A program made the position numbers and the translations under genes. From contig CP070751.1 of the NCBI GenBank assembly GCA_020348445.1, positions 3,912,385 to 3,976,384 on the forward strand: DNA of 64,000 nt, in the 5' to 3' direction. Source of the DNA: Thermoplasmata archaeon (GTDB taxonomy: Archaea; Thermoplasmatota; Thermoplasmata; GCA-020350865). Each line of letters starts with the position of its first letter. Within the stretch, counting starts at the first letter, position 1. Below are positions 28,993 through 38,599 of the stretch, piece by piece. A model generated the notes under the pieces. The model ran no database searches and was not told the origin of the DNA. It saw only the letters and a list, made by a program, of their open reading frames with translations.

Positions 28993-30519
28993 CTAAGGAA
29001 TTACTCCATGTCTTCTTTTAGGAAGGTGATAATCCTTTGACTCGTATTTCTTGAACCTGTTGATGATCTCGTTTCTCAATTCAGACGGAGCCACCATGCC
29101 GTCAGTGACAAGCTCGGCTCCCAATTTGTAGATGTCCACATCCTTTCTGTAATCCTCCCTCAATTTGTTGATATATGCAGGTCTTTCCTCTTCTGGGAGT
29201 TCCATGATTTTATTGAAGAATACAGCATTCACCGCGGCCTCAGGGCCCATTACAGCGATCATTGCAGTGGGCAATGCAAGACAACAGTCAGGTTCGTATC
29301 CAGGTCCTGCCATGGCATATAATCCTGCCCCATAAGCCTTGCGCACGATGATGGATACCTTGGGTACCGTGGCTTGAGATACCGAGAATATCATCCTAGC
29401 TCCCGCCCGAATTATTCCCTGCTTTTCCACAGCGGTACCTATCATGAAGCCAGGAACATCTGCAAGATACAAAAGCGGGATATTGAAGGCATCGCAGAGC
29501 TGGATGAACTTGCCAGCCTTGTAGGCAGACTCGACAAAGAGCACACCGCCTTTGGCTTTTGGTTGATTAGCAATAACCCCTATCGATTTTCCTCCGATAC
29601 GCGAGAAACCAACGATTATTTCTGGTGCGTAAATCTTCTTAATTTCCAAGAAAGAATCCCGATCCACTATCCTCTTTATCAGGTCGTACATATCAAAGGG
29701 CACATTCTCGTTCTTTGGTATGATGTTCTCAAGATCATCACAGGAAAACTCCGGCTCCTTTGGCTCTATGTCCTTTGGTTTTTCATCGCAGTTCTGTGGA
29801 AAGTATGTAAGATGTTTTTTAATAGCATCTATAACCTCTTCCTCTGTTTTGCAGAGCATATCTCCTGAGCCTGAAGTTGTGCAGTGCATCTTTGCCCCAC
29901 CCATCTCTTCAAGTGTTACTTTTTCGCCTATCACCATCTCTGCCATTCGGGGTGAGCCCAGATACATGCTCGCATTGCCATCCACCATGTAGGTGACATC
30001 GCAAAAGGCGGGAATATAGGCCCCTCCTGCAGCTGATGGGCCGAAAAGCCCGCATATTTGAGGAATGACCCCTGAGATGTTGGCCTCGTTGTAGAATATC
30101 CTGCCCGCACCTCTTCGGCCGGGGAACATCTCAACCTGATCCGTGATCCTGGCTCCTGCAGAGTCCACGAGGTAAATTAAGGGCACCTTGAGTTTCACGG
30201 CTGTCTCCTGGATCCTAACGATCTTCTCCACTGTACGCCATCCCCAAGAACCCGCCTTGATAGTGGAATCGTTGGCCATGATGGCAACAGACCTTCCATG
30301 CACCTTCCCTACACCGCATACTACACCATCGGCAGGTAGCTTTCCGTCCAGGACATTGGCGAACATACCATCCTCTGCAAAGCTCTCGTCGTCTAGAAGC
30401 AGTTTCAATCTACCTCTGACAAAGAGCTTACCCCTCTCCTTTGCCTTTATATGATATTTTTCGGCCCCGCCTTTTTTGATCGTTTCCATTTGCCCTCTTA
30501 ATTCCTCCTCCGATTTCAT
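28993..30519 (-). CDS. Acyl-CoA carboxyltransferase beta subunit (methylcrotonyl-CoA carboxylase/YngE-like)
   Basis: PADGVVCGVG, YLVDSAGARI, GPSAAGGAYIP, LEEMGGAKMH, LADVPGFMIG, RKAYGAG, AVMGPEAAV; ATG at 30519. Confidence 0.92.
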   Translation of the reverse strand: MKSEEELRGQMETIKKGGAEKYHIKAKERGKLFVRGRLKLLLDDESFAEDGMFANVLDGKLPADGVVCGVGKVHGRSVAIMANDSTIKAGSWGWRTVEKIVRIQETAVKLKVPLIYLVDSAGARITDQVEMFPGRRGAGRIFYNEANISGVIPQICGLFGPSAAGGAYIPAFCDVTYMVDGNASMYLGSPRMAEMVIGEKVTLEEMGGAKMHCTTSGSGDMLCKTEEEVIDAIKKHLTYFPQNCDEKPKDIEPKEPEFSCDDLENIIPKNENVPFDMYDLIKRIVDRDSFLEIKKIYAPEIIVGFSRIGGKSIGVIANQPKAKGGVLFVESAYKAGKFIQLCDAFNIPLLYLADVPGFMIGTAVEKQGIIRAGARMIFSVSQATVPKVSIIVRKAYGAGLYAMAGPGYEPDCCLALPTAMIAVMGPEAAVNAVFFNKIMELPEEERPAYINKLREDYRKDVDIYKLGAELVTDGMVAPSELRNEIINRFKKYESKDYHLPKRRHGVIP

Positions 30520-30562
30520 AACTAACACCACCAAATAATTCTATCACAATGCGATTAACTTA

Positions 30563-31345
30563 TTACTCTCCTTTAAACACAGGTTTTCTCTTCTCCTTGA
30601 AGGCCTTCAGAGCCTCGATTCTGTCCTTTGTAGGTATGCAAACATCATAGGCCTTTGATTCCAGGGCTAAACCTGAATAGATATCGATTTCATAGCCTCT
30701 GTTGATTGCAAATTTCGCCTGTTGAACTGCAAAAGGTGCGTTCTTTGCAATTGACTGCGCCATTTCGAGAGCCTCGTCCATTAATTTACCTTCCAAGGCA
30801 ACTCTATTTATTAAACCGATATTCAATGCTTCCTGTGCCGAAATCCTTTTTCCTGTGAGTATGAGCTCCTTGGCCTTGCCAATACCCACAAGGCGTGGGA
30901 GGCGCTGAGTTCCCCCGCCTGCAGGTATGATACCCAATGTGACCTCTGTCAAGCCGAATGTTGCTTGGGGATCCGCGATTCTGATATCGCATGCCATTGC
31001 AAGCTCTGTCCCACCCCCCAATGCGGCACCATTTATTGCACATATCACAGGTTTTGAGAGATTCTCTATATCTATAAGGGTTTCTCTTATGGTTTTTATG
31101 TAATGCCTGACCTGGACCTCGTTCATCTTCTCTCTTTCTTTAAGATCTGCACCTGCACAAAATGCACGATCCCCTGCCCCTGTTATAATCACAGCCCTTA
31201 TATCAGGATCAAAATAGACGTCAGTAAGAATTTCTTTGCCTTCCTTTAGGGTTTCAATGTTCAGCGCATTCATGAATTTCGGTCGATTCAAGGTAACGAT
31301 AAGTACAGAATCCTTCTTATCTGTCAATATGTTCTTTTCTTGCAA
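30563..31345 (-). CDS. Enoyl-CoA hydratase/isomerase (methylglutaconyl-CoA hydratase/YngF-like)
   Basis: RAFCAGADLKE, AINGAALGGGTELAMACDIRI, FGLTEVTLGIIPAGGGTQRLPR; both catalytic Glu present; TTG start. Confidence 0.92.
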   Translation of the reverse strand: MQEKNILTDKKDSVLIVTLNRPKFMNALNIETLKEGKEILTDVYFDPDIRAVIITGAGDRAFCAGADLKEREKMNEVQVRHYIKTIRETLIDIENLSKPVICAINGAALGGGTELAMACDIRIADPQATFGLTEVTLGIIPAGGGTQRLPRLVGIGKAKELILTGKRISAQEALNIGLINRVALEGKLMDEALEMAQSIAKNAPFAVQQAKFAINRGYEIDIYSGLALESKAYDVCIPTKDRIEALKAFKEKRKPVFKGE

Positions 31346-31404
31346 AGCCTTCTCCCCCCACTAAAGATATTTTCCACAGCCTCCAAAGAGGCTGAATGCG
31401 ATTT

Positions 31405-31623
31405 CTATTCTACCACCAGTAGAACGTGTCCTGTGTTTACGAAATCGCCGGACTTGACCTTGATCTCCTTTACCTTACCGTCATGACTGCTCTGAATGGG
31501 TATATGCATCTTCATGGATTCCAAAATGATCACATCTTGCCCCGGCTGCACAGAATCGTTCTCTGATACCAAAACCTCTGCAATGGTTCCTGCCATATTA
31601 GCCTGGATTTCTGCCATGTTCAT
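31405..31623 (-). CDS. Stand-alone biotin carboxyl carrier protein
   Basis: ILESMKMHIPI biotinylation motif (MKM), GKVKEIKVKSGDFV. Confidence 0.9.
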   Translation of the reverse strand: MNMAEIQANMAGTIAEVLVSENDSVQPGQDVIILESMKMHIPIQSSHDGKVKEIKVKSGDFVNTGHVLLVVE

Positions 31624-31798
31624 CCTCTTTTGTGCATTTTGCGACGGTAAATCAAATTTTATTGCGACCTGTGGTTACGCCCTATTTCCCTATCGCTTTC
31701 CCTTACAAGCCTGGTAGAACCACAATGATGAGGAAAAATATATATCTTTCTATTTTCAAATTCATATACTAATACCAAAAACAATATTATAACCTAAT

Positions 31799-32605
31799 AT
31801 GTATGAGATTGGCATGAATACCCCAAAAAGACATTCATCACAGGATACCAAGATTCAGGCTGTAAACCTCTGTAAAACCTTTGAAAAATTCCAGGCCCTA
31901 AAGGACATCTCCTTCTCAGTTTCAAAAGGCGAGATCTTCGGACTTTTAGGACCAAATGGTGCAGGAAAGACCACCTGCATGAAGATCTTCGGGGGAATTC
32001 TTCATCCCACCAAAGGTGAGGCATATATAGACGGAATAAACGTGGAAAAGAACCCTATTTTATCCAAGTCAAAAATCGGATTTTTACCTGAATATCCAGC
32101 ACTCTTCGAGCACATTTCGGGGAGGGAATTTCTTACCATGATAGGTAAGCTTCGGCATATGGAAAAAGATAAAATTGACAGGCGTGTAAATTTCTTCATT
32201 GAAATACTGGATTTGCACGAGCAGATAGACTACCTAATTGGAACATACTCCAAGGGCATGAGACAGAAAATCGCCTTCACAAGCGCCATAATACACGAGC
32301 CGGAAATTTTGATTTTGGATGAGCCCACATCGGGCCTCGATCCCAGGTTTGGGAAGATATTAAAGGATATGATCAAGGACTTTGTTTCACAAGATAAGAC
32401 GATATTGATGTCAACACATATCATCCCTGTGGCTGAGAGTCTATGTGACAGAATCGGTATAATAAACAGTGGTAAGCTGGCATCTGTTGGAACCATCAAG
32501 GAGTTGAATGAAAAAGCAAATGCAGACGACCTTGAGAACGCTTTTATCACCCTTGTGGGAGGAAAATCATGGGCTGGTATGAAGTCTATTCTAAAGACGC
32601 AATAA
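31799..32605 (+). CDS. ABC-2 type transporter ATP-binding protein
   Basis: GPNGAGKTT, YSKGMRQKI, LDEPTSGLDP, MSTH. Confidence 0.93.
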   Translation: MYEIGMNTPKRHSSQDTKIQAVNLCKTFEKFQALKDISFSVSKGEIFGLLGPNGAGKTTCMKIFGGILHPTKGEAYIDGINVEKNPILSKSKIGFLPEYPALFEHISGREFLTMIGKLRHMEKDKIDRRVNFFIEILDLHEQIDYLIGTYSKGMRQKIAFTSAIIHEPEILILDEPTSGLDPRFGKILKDMIKDFVSQDKTILMSTHIIPVAESLCDRIGIINSGKLASVGTIKELNEKANADDLENAFITLVGGKSWAGMKSILKTQ

Positions 32606-34098
32606 GCGCATCTCGGGTTTTAAGAAAGCGCATATCAAAGCATCCCATAATGACGATATGGTTCATAGTATTGATGTTCACGTTCGCGTGGATAGTTCTT
32701 AGGATGTACGAGTTCTCAATGCAGCAGGGCCAGGAGGGCATTTTCACAGATATCGAACCAAACACCCTCCTTCTAATCATCTTCTTTATCTTCCTTGCCA
32801 AATCAGTGGCAGACACAACAAGGAGGGTTGTTCAGAACAAGGAGCTTGTTTTTTACCTATCACAGCCCATGCATAAAAGGGGTGTTCTTCTGGGTAAGTT
32901 CCTGTCTGAGCAGGTTTTTAACTTAATGGTATTTGAAACCATTGTCTGGGTAATGACAGGTGTTATCGTCATCTTCGCAATCAGAATCCCCTTGGACATA
33001 TGGTATCTCGGGTATGCTTTTATATTCGCGATTCTGGGAACCAGCCTGGGATTCTTCTTTTCCATATTCAACTCACTCAAGCCGCTAAGACGAAGATTTG
33101 CTGTCATGCTGGTTGAGGTCCCCTTTTATGTATTAATATATAGTGTAACTGCAGATTATTATCATTCGCTATCAGGTTGGCCCTTTATTCTGGTTTTAAT
33201 TTCTCTGACCATGTCCTCGCTTTTGCTACTATTTTTATGCCAGAAGGTCTTCTTGGATGCCTGGACTTATGGTATAAGTGCAAACGAAGGTGCAAAAAAA
33301 TCTGTTTATGATATCTTCAGCAGAACACCCCTTGTTCCGAGAAAATTGATGGGAGAGCGCCTTAGGGCCCTGGTGAGAAGGGAGCTTGCAGAAAAGGTGA
33401 GGTCTGGACAGATCTGGGGTACGGTAATCTCCACAATTGCAATCACGTATGGAACCATGTATGCAATCGACACTCTGGCAGATGTGGATGTCCTTCAAAT
33501 GAGGGTGGGTAAATATGTGTACCCAATGTTGGTGGGCATGGGAATCTTCGCAATTACTACACTTGAGCCTGGTATATCATCTTTAAGCAGTTTTGGAAAG
33601 GAGGGCAAGAACATATGGATACTCAAAACCGCACCCTTTGAAGGGGAAGTGGTTGCCCAGGCAAAGGCCCTGTCCAATGTTGCCTTATCGCCCTTCATAG
33701 TCCTTGGAACTGCCATGATCTCGGCCTATTACATGTCCTATTATACAGAGGTTAAGTTGATTAACTACAATTTCCTTGAAATAGCGCTTTTTACTGCAAT
33801 GGGAGCACAGACCATGATCTTCTTGTTCACAGGTCTCGGTATCTGGTTCGGTGCAAAATATCCCAACTTCGATGAATCCAACAGGGGCAACCCCGACATC
33901 ATGACAATGTACATCTTTGCAATGGCCTGTCTCTTTCTTGGAGTCCTTTATCTGTCTGCACCATTTTATCTGATGATGAGGAATTACAATGTCCTTGGCA
34001 TTCTCATGATGATACTCTCCCTAGACATGGCGGCACTTTTTCTCTATTGGTCCTCAGAGGAAGGTGGGAAGGCCTTAGAGAAACTGGAATATGGATGA
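32569..34098 (+). CDS. Putative ABC-2 type permease (multi-pass membrane protein)
   Basis: About 12 TM helices, EGKNIWILKTAP...VVAQAK motif typical of ABC-2 permease-like proteins; overlaps the ATPase gene. Confidence 0.75.
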   Translation: MGWYEVYSKDAISASRVLRKRISKHPIMTIWFIVLMFTFAWIVLRMYEFSMQQGQEGIFTDIEPNTLLLIIFFIFLAKSVADTTRRVVQNKELVFYLSQPMHKRGVLLGKFLSEQVFNLMVFETIVWVMTGVIVIFAIRIPLDIWYLGYAFIFAILGTSLGFFFSIFNSLKPLRRRFAVMLVEVPFYVLIYSVTADYYHSLSGWPFILVLISLTMSSLLLLFLCQKVFLDAWTYGISANEGAKKSVYDIFSRTPLVPRKLMGERLRALVRRELAEKVRSGQIWGTVISTIAITYGTMYAIDTLADVDVLQMRVGKYVYPMLVGMGIFAITTLEPGISSLSSFGKEGKNIWILKTAPFEGEVVAQAKALSNVALSPFIVLGTAMISAYYMSYYTEVKLINYNFLEIALFTAMGAQTMIFLFTGLGIWFGAKYPNFDESNRGNPDIMTMYIFAMACLFLGVLYLSAPFYLMMRNYNVLGILMMILSLDMAALFLYWSSEEGGKALEKLEYG

Positions 34099-34167
34099 TT
34101 TTAATTTAATGCTAAATGAAGGGGCCATGGATAAAAGTGAAGATTCTAGTTTGACATCCCTTTAATA

Positions 34168-34207
34168 ATTTTTTAGGGTGGGCGGAGGGGGTATTGGATG
34201 GAGGGGG
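34168..34207 (+). repeat. G-rich intergenic motif, copy 3
   Basis: ATTTTTTAGGGTGGGCGGAGGGGGTATTGGATGGAGGGGG; matches 24075-24110; about 125 bp upstream of hutH. Confidence 0.65.
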
Positions 34208-34329
34208 ACCCTAATATTAAGTAAAAAATTTATGAAAAATAAGAACATGCATCATGGTAATGCTTAAATCCACTTGAACCATTATAGAAAAGACGTTTAG
34301 GTTACCTTATTTGTTAAGGGGGAGATGAT

Positions 34330-35853
34330 ATGACCATTGTTCTAGACGGGCACAGTCTAACAATTGAAGACGTTGTTGAGGTTGCAAGAAATGGACAGAA
34401 GATCGAGATCCACCCAGAGGCAAAGGATAGAATCAAGGAATGCCGCGATCTCCTTGAAAGGAAAATCAAAGAAAAAGAGATAATGTACGGAGTGAACACA
34501 GGCATTGGAGAACTGTCAGAGGTTGTTCTCACCCAAGAACAGGTTGAGCAATATCAGAGATATCTGATTTACAGCCATGCTGCAGGATATGGGGATCCTG
34601 TTTCCGAGGATGCTGTTCGGGCAGCGATTCTTTCCCGAATCAACTGCCACTGCTGGGGTCATTCAGGTTTAAGACCGGTTGTGGTGGAGACATTGGTTGC
34701 CATGCTGAATCGCGGGATCACACCTGTTATGTGTCAAAGAGGCTCGGTGGGTGCATGCGGGGACCTCTCCCCCATGGCCCAGATGGCCCTGGTCCTCATA
34801 GGTGAAGGTGAGGCATTCTATGAAGGAAAAAGAATGAGCGGTTCAGAGGCTATGGACAAAGCAGGTATCCCAACACTTGTTTTTGAAGCAAGAGACGGTC
34901 TGGCCACTATAAACGGCTCCAACGTGATAACTGGAATGGGAGCGTTGCAGATCTATGATGCCGAGCGTTGGTTAAAGAATTCCGAGATCTCGGCTGCAAT
35001 GACATTGGAGGCCCTCAACGCCAATATGAAAGCCTATGATGAAAGACTTCATAAGGTGAGGGGATTTTTAGGAGCAGTTGAATGCGCAGAGAATATAAGA
35101 AAACTAACTGAGGACAGCGAACTTCTGGCCCAAAAAGGGAAGAAGGTCCAAGATGCATACAGCCTAAGAAGCACTCCACAAGTGGTTGGGGCAGCCAGGG
35201 ATGCCCTAAAATGGGCCAGGTACATGATAGAAACCGAGCTGAACGGCGCTGCCGACAATCCCACTTTCTTTCCCAAGGAGGATCTGGTCATCACAGGAGC
35301 CAATTTCCAGGGTACACCCATGGCCTTTGCTTTAGAGCTCGTGGGAATTGCGGTTACCACGGTTTCGGCTTTATCGGAAAGGAGGCTCAACAGGTTGATG
35401 AATCCCCATCTTTCCATGGGATTGCCCGCCTTCTTGACAAAAGGTGCTGGCATGTTCTCAGGTCTTATGTTGTCTCAGTATACTGCGGGTTCTCTTGTGT
35501 GTGAGAACAGGGTGCTTTCCCATCCTGCAGCCACAGGATCCATTCCAGCTGCTGCAGACCAAGAGGATTTCGTGAGCATGGGAATGACCACAGCAATCAA
35601 GACAAAACAGATAATCGATAACGCACAGGCTGTAGTTGCCATAGAGCTAATGGCAGGTGCCCAGGCCATTGATTTTAGAGCGCCAATTGCACCAAGCAAA
35701 GGTACTAAGGCAGCCTATGAGGTCGTCAGAAAGCATGTTGAGCATTTGGAGGAAGACAGGCCCCTTTTCGACGACATCAACAATCTCACCGCAGTAGTAA
35801 AATCAGGTGAGGTTCTAAGCGAGGTTGAGAATGCCATAGGTAAATTAAATTGA
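34330..35853 (+). CDS. hutH: Histidine ammonia-lyase with an Ala-Cys-Gly MIO triad
   Basis: YGVNTGIG, LIYSHAAG, GSVGACGDLSP, DGLATING, QDAYSLRSTPQV, GANFQG, QEDFVSMG. Confidence 0.9.
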   Translation: MTIVLDGHSLTIEDVVEVARNGQKIEIHPEAKDRIKECRDLLERKIKEKEIMYGVNTGIGELSEVVLTQEQVEQYQRYLIYSHAAGYGDPVSEDAVRAAILSRINCHCWGHSGLRPVVVETLVAMLNRGITPVMCQRGSVGACGDLSPMAQMALVLIGEGEAFYEGKRMSGSEAMDKAGIPTLVFEARDGLATINGSNVITGMGALQIYDAERWLKNSEISAAMTLEALNANMKAYDERLHKVRGFLGAVECAENIRKLTEDSELLAQKGKKVQDAYSLRSTPQVVGAARDALKWARYMIETELNGAADNPTFFPKEDLVITGANFQGTPMAFALELVGIAVTTVSALSERRLNRLMNPHLSMGLPAFLTKGAGMFSGLMLSQYTAGSLVCENRVLSHPAATGSIPAAADQEDFVSMGMTTAIKTKQIIDNAQAVVAIELMAGAQAIDFRAPIAPSKGTKAAYEVVRKHVEHLEEDRPLFDDINNLTAVVKSGEVLSEVENAIGKLN

Positions 35854-35865
35854 GGATTGATCGAA

Positions 35866-36051
35866 ATGACTAATGAAAATAATTGCACCTGCGGGGAGCA
35901 AACCACACCAAAGATATTCTATGTGGATGAGTTCCAAATACGGGGCTCGGAATGTCCCAAGTGTGGTAAAACATTTTTAAATGCTGAAGATGTGGCGAGG
36001 TATGCTGAATACAGAAAGGGAATAAATGTAGCAGAAAGGGTTGTGTGCTAG
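35866..36051 (+). CDS. Small zinc-finger-like protein
   Basis: CTCG...ECPKCGKTF; ATG at 35866 with GAGGA RBS, immediately after hutH. Confidence 0.6.
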   Translation: MTNENNCTCGEQTTPKIFYVDEFQIRGSECPKCGKTFLNAEDVARYAEYRKGINVAERVVC

Positions 36052-36152
36052 GTATGTATCCTGTTCTAACTCTGGAAATTAGCATTTAAAATGTTTATGG
36101 AATCCTGAATTCATCTTAAAAACCTTTTATCTTTCATGGGGATGAGCATTTT

Positions 36153-37451
36153 ATGATGAACGCAAGGGATGATGAAAAAGGCATCGGATTGGAGGTATTT
36201 TATACAGATTCGATAGGAATCGGTGGCAAGCTCAGGAAAACTGCCGAGGATTTTATTGTGGATGAGATATCATTGCCTCCAGCCAAGGACGAGGAGGGGG
36301 AATATACTATAGTCAGACTCAAGGCCAAAAACTGGGAGACGAATAGACTCATTCGACAGATGTCAAAGAGACTGGGCATAAGTAGAAAGAGAATCGGCTT
36401 TGCAGGGACGAAGGACAGAAGAGCTGTTACAACCCAACTGATCTCGTTTAAGATGCCCCTTGAGAATGTTAAACAGCTATCATTTAAAGACCTCGATATC
36501 TTGGATTCCTATTCCTCGAAAAAAGGACTTTCTCTGGGTGAGTTGATAGGAAACAGGTTCGATATCGTGATTCGTGATTTTGAATGCTCTGATTCCAAGG
36601 CTAAAGAACTTGTTGCTGAAATCCAAGAGAAACTTACAGCATTGGGAGGTTTTCCCAACTTCTTTGGTCATCAGAGGTTCGGTGCAGTAAGGCCCATTAC
36701 CCATATGGCAGGAAGAAAAATCATAGAGGATGATTTCGAAGGTGCTGTGCTCACATATCTTGGTAATCCAACTGAGCTCGAGGGGGAAGAGGCCTTCAAG
36801 GCAAGAAAGGCTGTGGAGGATGGAATTAGTCACAGCGAAGCACTGCGAATTTTCCCTAAACATCTGAATTTTGAGGTGGCCATGCTCAACCATCTTGTAA
36901 AAAACGAAAATGACTATATCGGGGCAATAGCCATACTTCCAAAGAATCTGTCCATGATGTTCGTACATGCCTTTCAATCTTACCTGTTTAACAGGCTTTT
37001 AAGCCAAAGGATCCGCAAAGGGCTCTTATCAAAAGAACCTTTGATAGGGGATATAATCCTTCCAGCAAATAAACAAGGTCTGCCCGATATAAAAAATGAG
37101 ATACTGGTTACGAAAGACAACATAGATAAAATCAAAAAAAGAATCAAAGAAAGAAAGGCCTTTGTTACAGGTCTTGTTCCTGGTGTCTACGGTAACTTTG
37201 CAGAAGGGGAGCAGGGTGAAATTGAAATGCGGATTTTGGAGGAAGAGAAGGTATCCATGGATGATTTTGTTGTTCCTAAAATGAGGGAGCTTTCTTCAAA
37301 AGGTAGGCGAAGAGCATTGGTGGCCCCCTTAAATGATTCTCGTTATGAAGTGGAAAAATCCCAGGTCAAATTGCATTTTGAGCTCACAAAAGGCTGCTAT
37401 GCCACCTCATTTCTCAGAGAGATTATGAAAACGGACATGCTCAATTACTAA
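36153..37451 (+). CDS. truD: tRNA pseudouridine(13) synthase TruD
   Basis: FIVDEI, FAGTKDRRAVTTQ (catalytic Asp), GNRF, FPNFFGHQRFG, FELTKGCYATSFLREI. Confidence 0.96.
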   Translation: MMNARDDEKGIGLEVFYTDSIGIGGKLRKTAEDFIVDEISLPPAKDEEGEYTIVRLKAKNWETNRLIRQMSKRLGISRKRIGFAGTKDRRAVTTQLISFKMPLENVKQLSFKDLDILDSYSSKKGLSLGELIGNRFDIVIRDFECSDSKAKELVAEIQEKLTALGGFPNFFGHQRFGAVRPITHMAGRKIIEDDFEGAVLTYLGNPTELEGEEAFKARKAVEDGISHSEALRIFPKHLNFEVAMLNHLVKNENDYIGAIAILPKNLSMMFVHAFQSYLFNRLLSQRIRKGLLSKEPLIGDIILPANKQGLPDIKNEILVTKDNIDKIKKRIKERKAFVTGLVPGVYGNFAEGEQGEIEMRILEEEKVSMDDFVVPKMRELSSKGRRRALVAPLNDSRYEVEKSQVKLHFELTKGCYATSFLREIMKTDMLNY

Positions 37452-37487
37452 CTGGGGACACGGTTTTTTAAAAAAATGCAAATGATC

Positions 37488-37826
37488 TCAATCTGTCTTC
37501 AGGAACTTCCTGAGCCTGATGATATCCTCAAAAGAGCCTTTCAACTTGATTTTTCTCAGTGCAAATGCCTTCATGGGGCTCAACTCTCCACTCATCAGGG
37601 CCGTTAGGGTGGCTGTATCTGCTGTCACAGTCAATCGCGGATCATCCACCTCTCCTTTTGTAAGCTCCCCCACATCTCCCTTGTTAATTGCCACATGATA
37701 GCTCTCACCGTCTGTAACATCCAGGAGAAATACGCCGTCAAAGTCCTTGATCTCTTCCTTTAGCTTCTCATCTTCTTCCATCTTTTTCTTGGCCTTATTC
37801 AGCCATTCTTTCAGTACTTCCTCCAC
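37488..37826 (-). CDS. SCP2 sterol/lipid-binding domain protein
   Basis: LTVTADTATLTALMSGELSPMKAFALRKIKLKG SCP2 signature; GTG start with GGAGG RBS. Confidence 0.88.
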   Translation of the reverse strand: MEEVLKEWLNKAKKKMEEDEKLKEEIKDFDGVFLLDVTDGESYHVAINKGDVGELTKGEVDDPRLTVTADTATLTALMSGELSPMKAFALRKIKLKGSFEDIIRLRKFLKTD

Positions 37827-37837
37827 ATCAAAACCTC

Positions 37838-38479
37838 CTAGTAGTCTTCAATCTTCTTGGTTTTGGTTTTGTTTAATATGCGCTGGGTGGTCTTCCATGA
37901 ATGGCGTGTGTGAGGGGGTGGTTTGCCATTTTTTTCTACCCAGTTTTCTAGAAATCTTATTGTTGTCTCATCAGAGGGATATCCACTTCCTATATCAAAA
38001 CCTATTTCTTTTTTTATCTTCTCTACCTCAAAATCCCGGGTTGTCTTGGCAATTATGGATGCTGCTGACACTATGGGAAATATCTCATCAGCCCCGTGCT
38101 TTGAGATTATCTTCACCTTAAAATCTAATTCATTTTGTATGTCCATACCAAAGCGCTCCTCATTCACATCCGCACTGTCCACATATGCAGTTTCGGGCCT
38201 CAATTTCTCGATTATACTGGCAAATAGTTTTGTTTCGATCTGGTTCATGGTCATACTTTCTCTCATGGTGTCTATATCACTTGCAGGTACGATGATTAAC
38301 TCAGTTTTAGCAATTCGATAGAGCTCTTGGGCAAGTTTCTCTCTTCTTTTCGGGGTGCACTTTTTCGAATCCCTTACATTCAATCCGGCAAGTTCGGACT
38401 CGTTTTCAAGAAGTACGCCTGCCACGACCATGGGACCGATTACGGGGCCGCGTCCTGCCTCGTCCACACCGCAAATCAT
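37838..38479 (-). CDS. rnhB: Ribonuclease HII
   Basis: GVDEAGRGPVIGPMVV, VRDSK, YVDSAD, SAASIIAK, GSGYPSD. Confidence 0.97.
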   Translation of the reverse strand: MICGVDEAGRGPVIGPMVVAGVLLENESELAGLNVRDSKKCTPKRREKLAQELYRIAKTELIIVPASDIDTMRESMTMNQIETKLFASIIEKLRPETAYVDSADVNEERFGMDIQNELDFKVKIISKHGADEIFPIVSAASIIAKTTRDFEVEKIKKEIGFDIGSGYPSDETTIRFLENWVEKNGKPPPHTRHSWKTTQRILNKTKTKKIEDY

Positions 38480-38599
38480 CTTCTTGGATAATATGTTAGG
38501 GGTAAAAAGAGGTTTTGATGGGGGATTCTTTGTTTTTACCGCTAATCTAAATAATTCTATCCTGTAACTTTTGTAGTTCTACATATTTATTTATCTTAA

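Noticed and set aside
35866-36051. Toxin-antitoxin interpretation of the small zinc-finger ORF (MqsA-like)
   Set aside because: No HTH domain and no adjacent toxin gene; kept only as a hypothetical zinc-finger protein
21188-38479. Integrated element or genomic island anchored at tRNA-Ala
   Set aside because: The flanking genes are housekeeping or metabolic, there is no integrase, and no distant direct repeat of the tRNA end was seen elsewhere in the window
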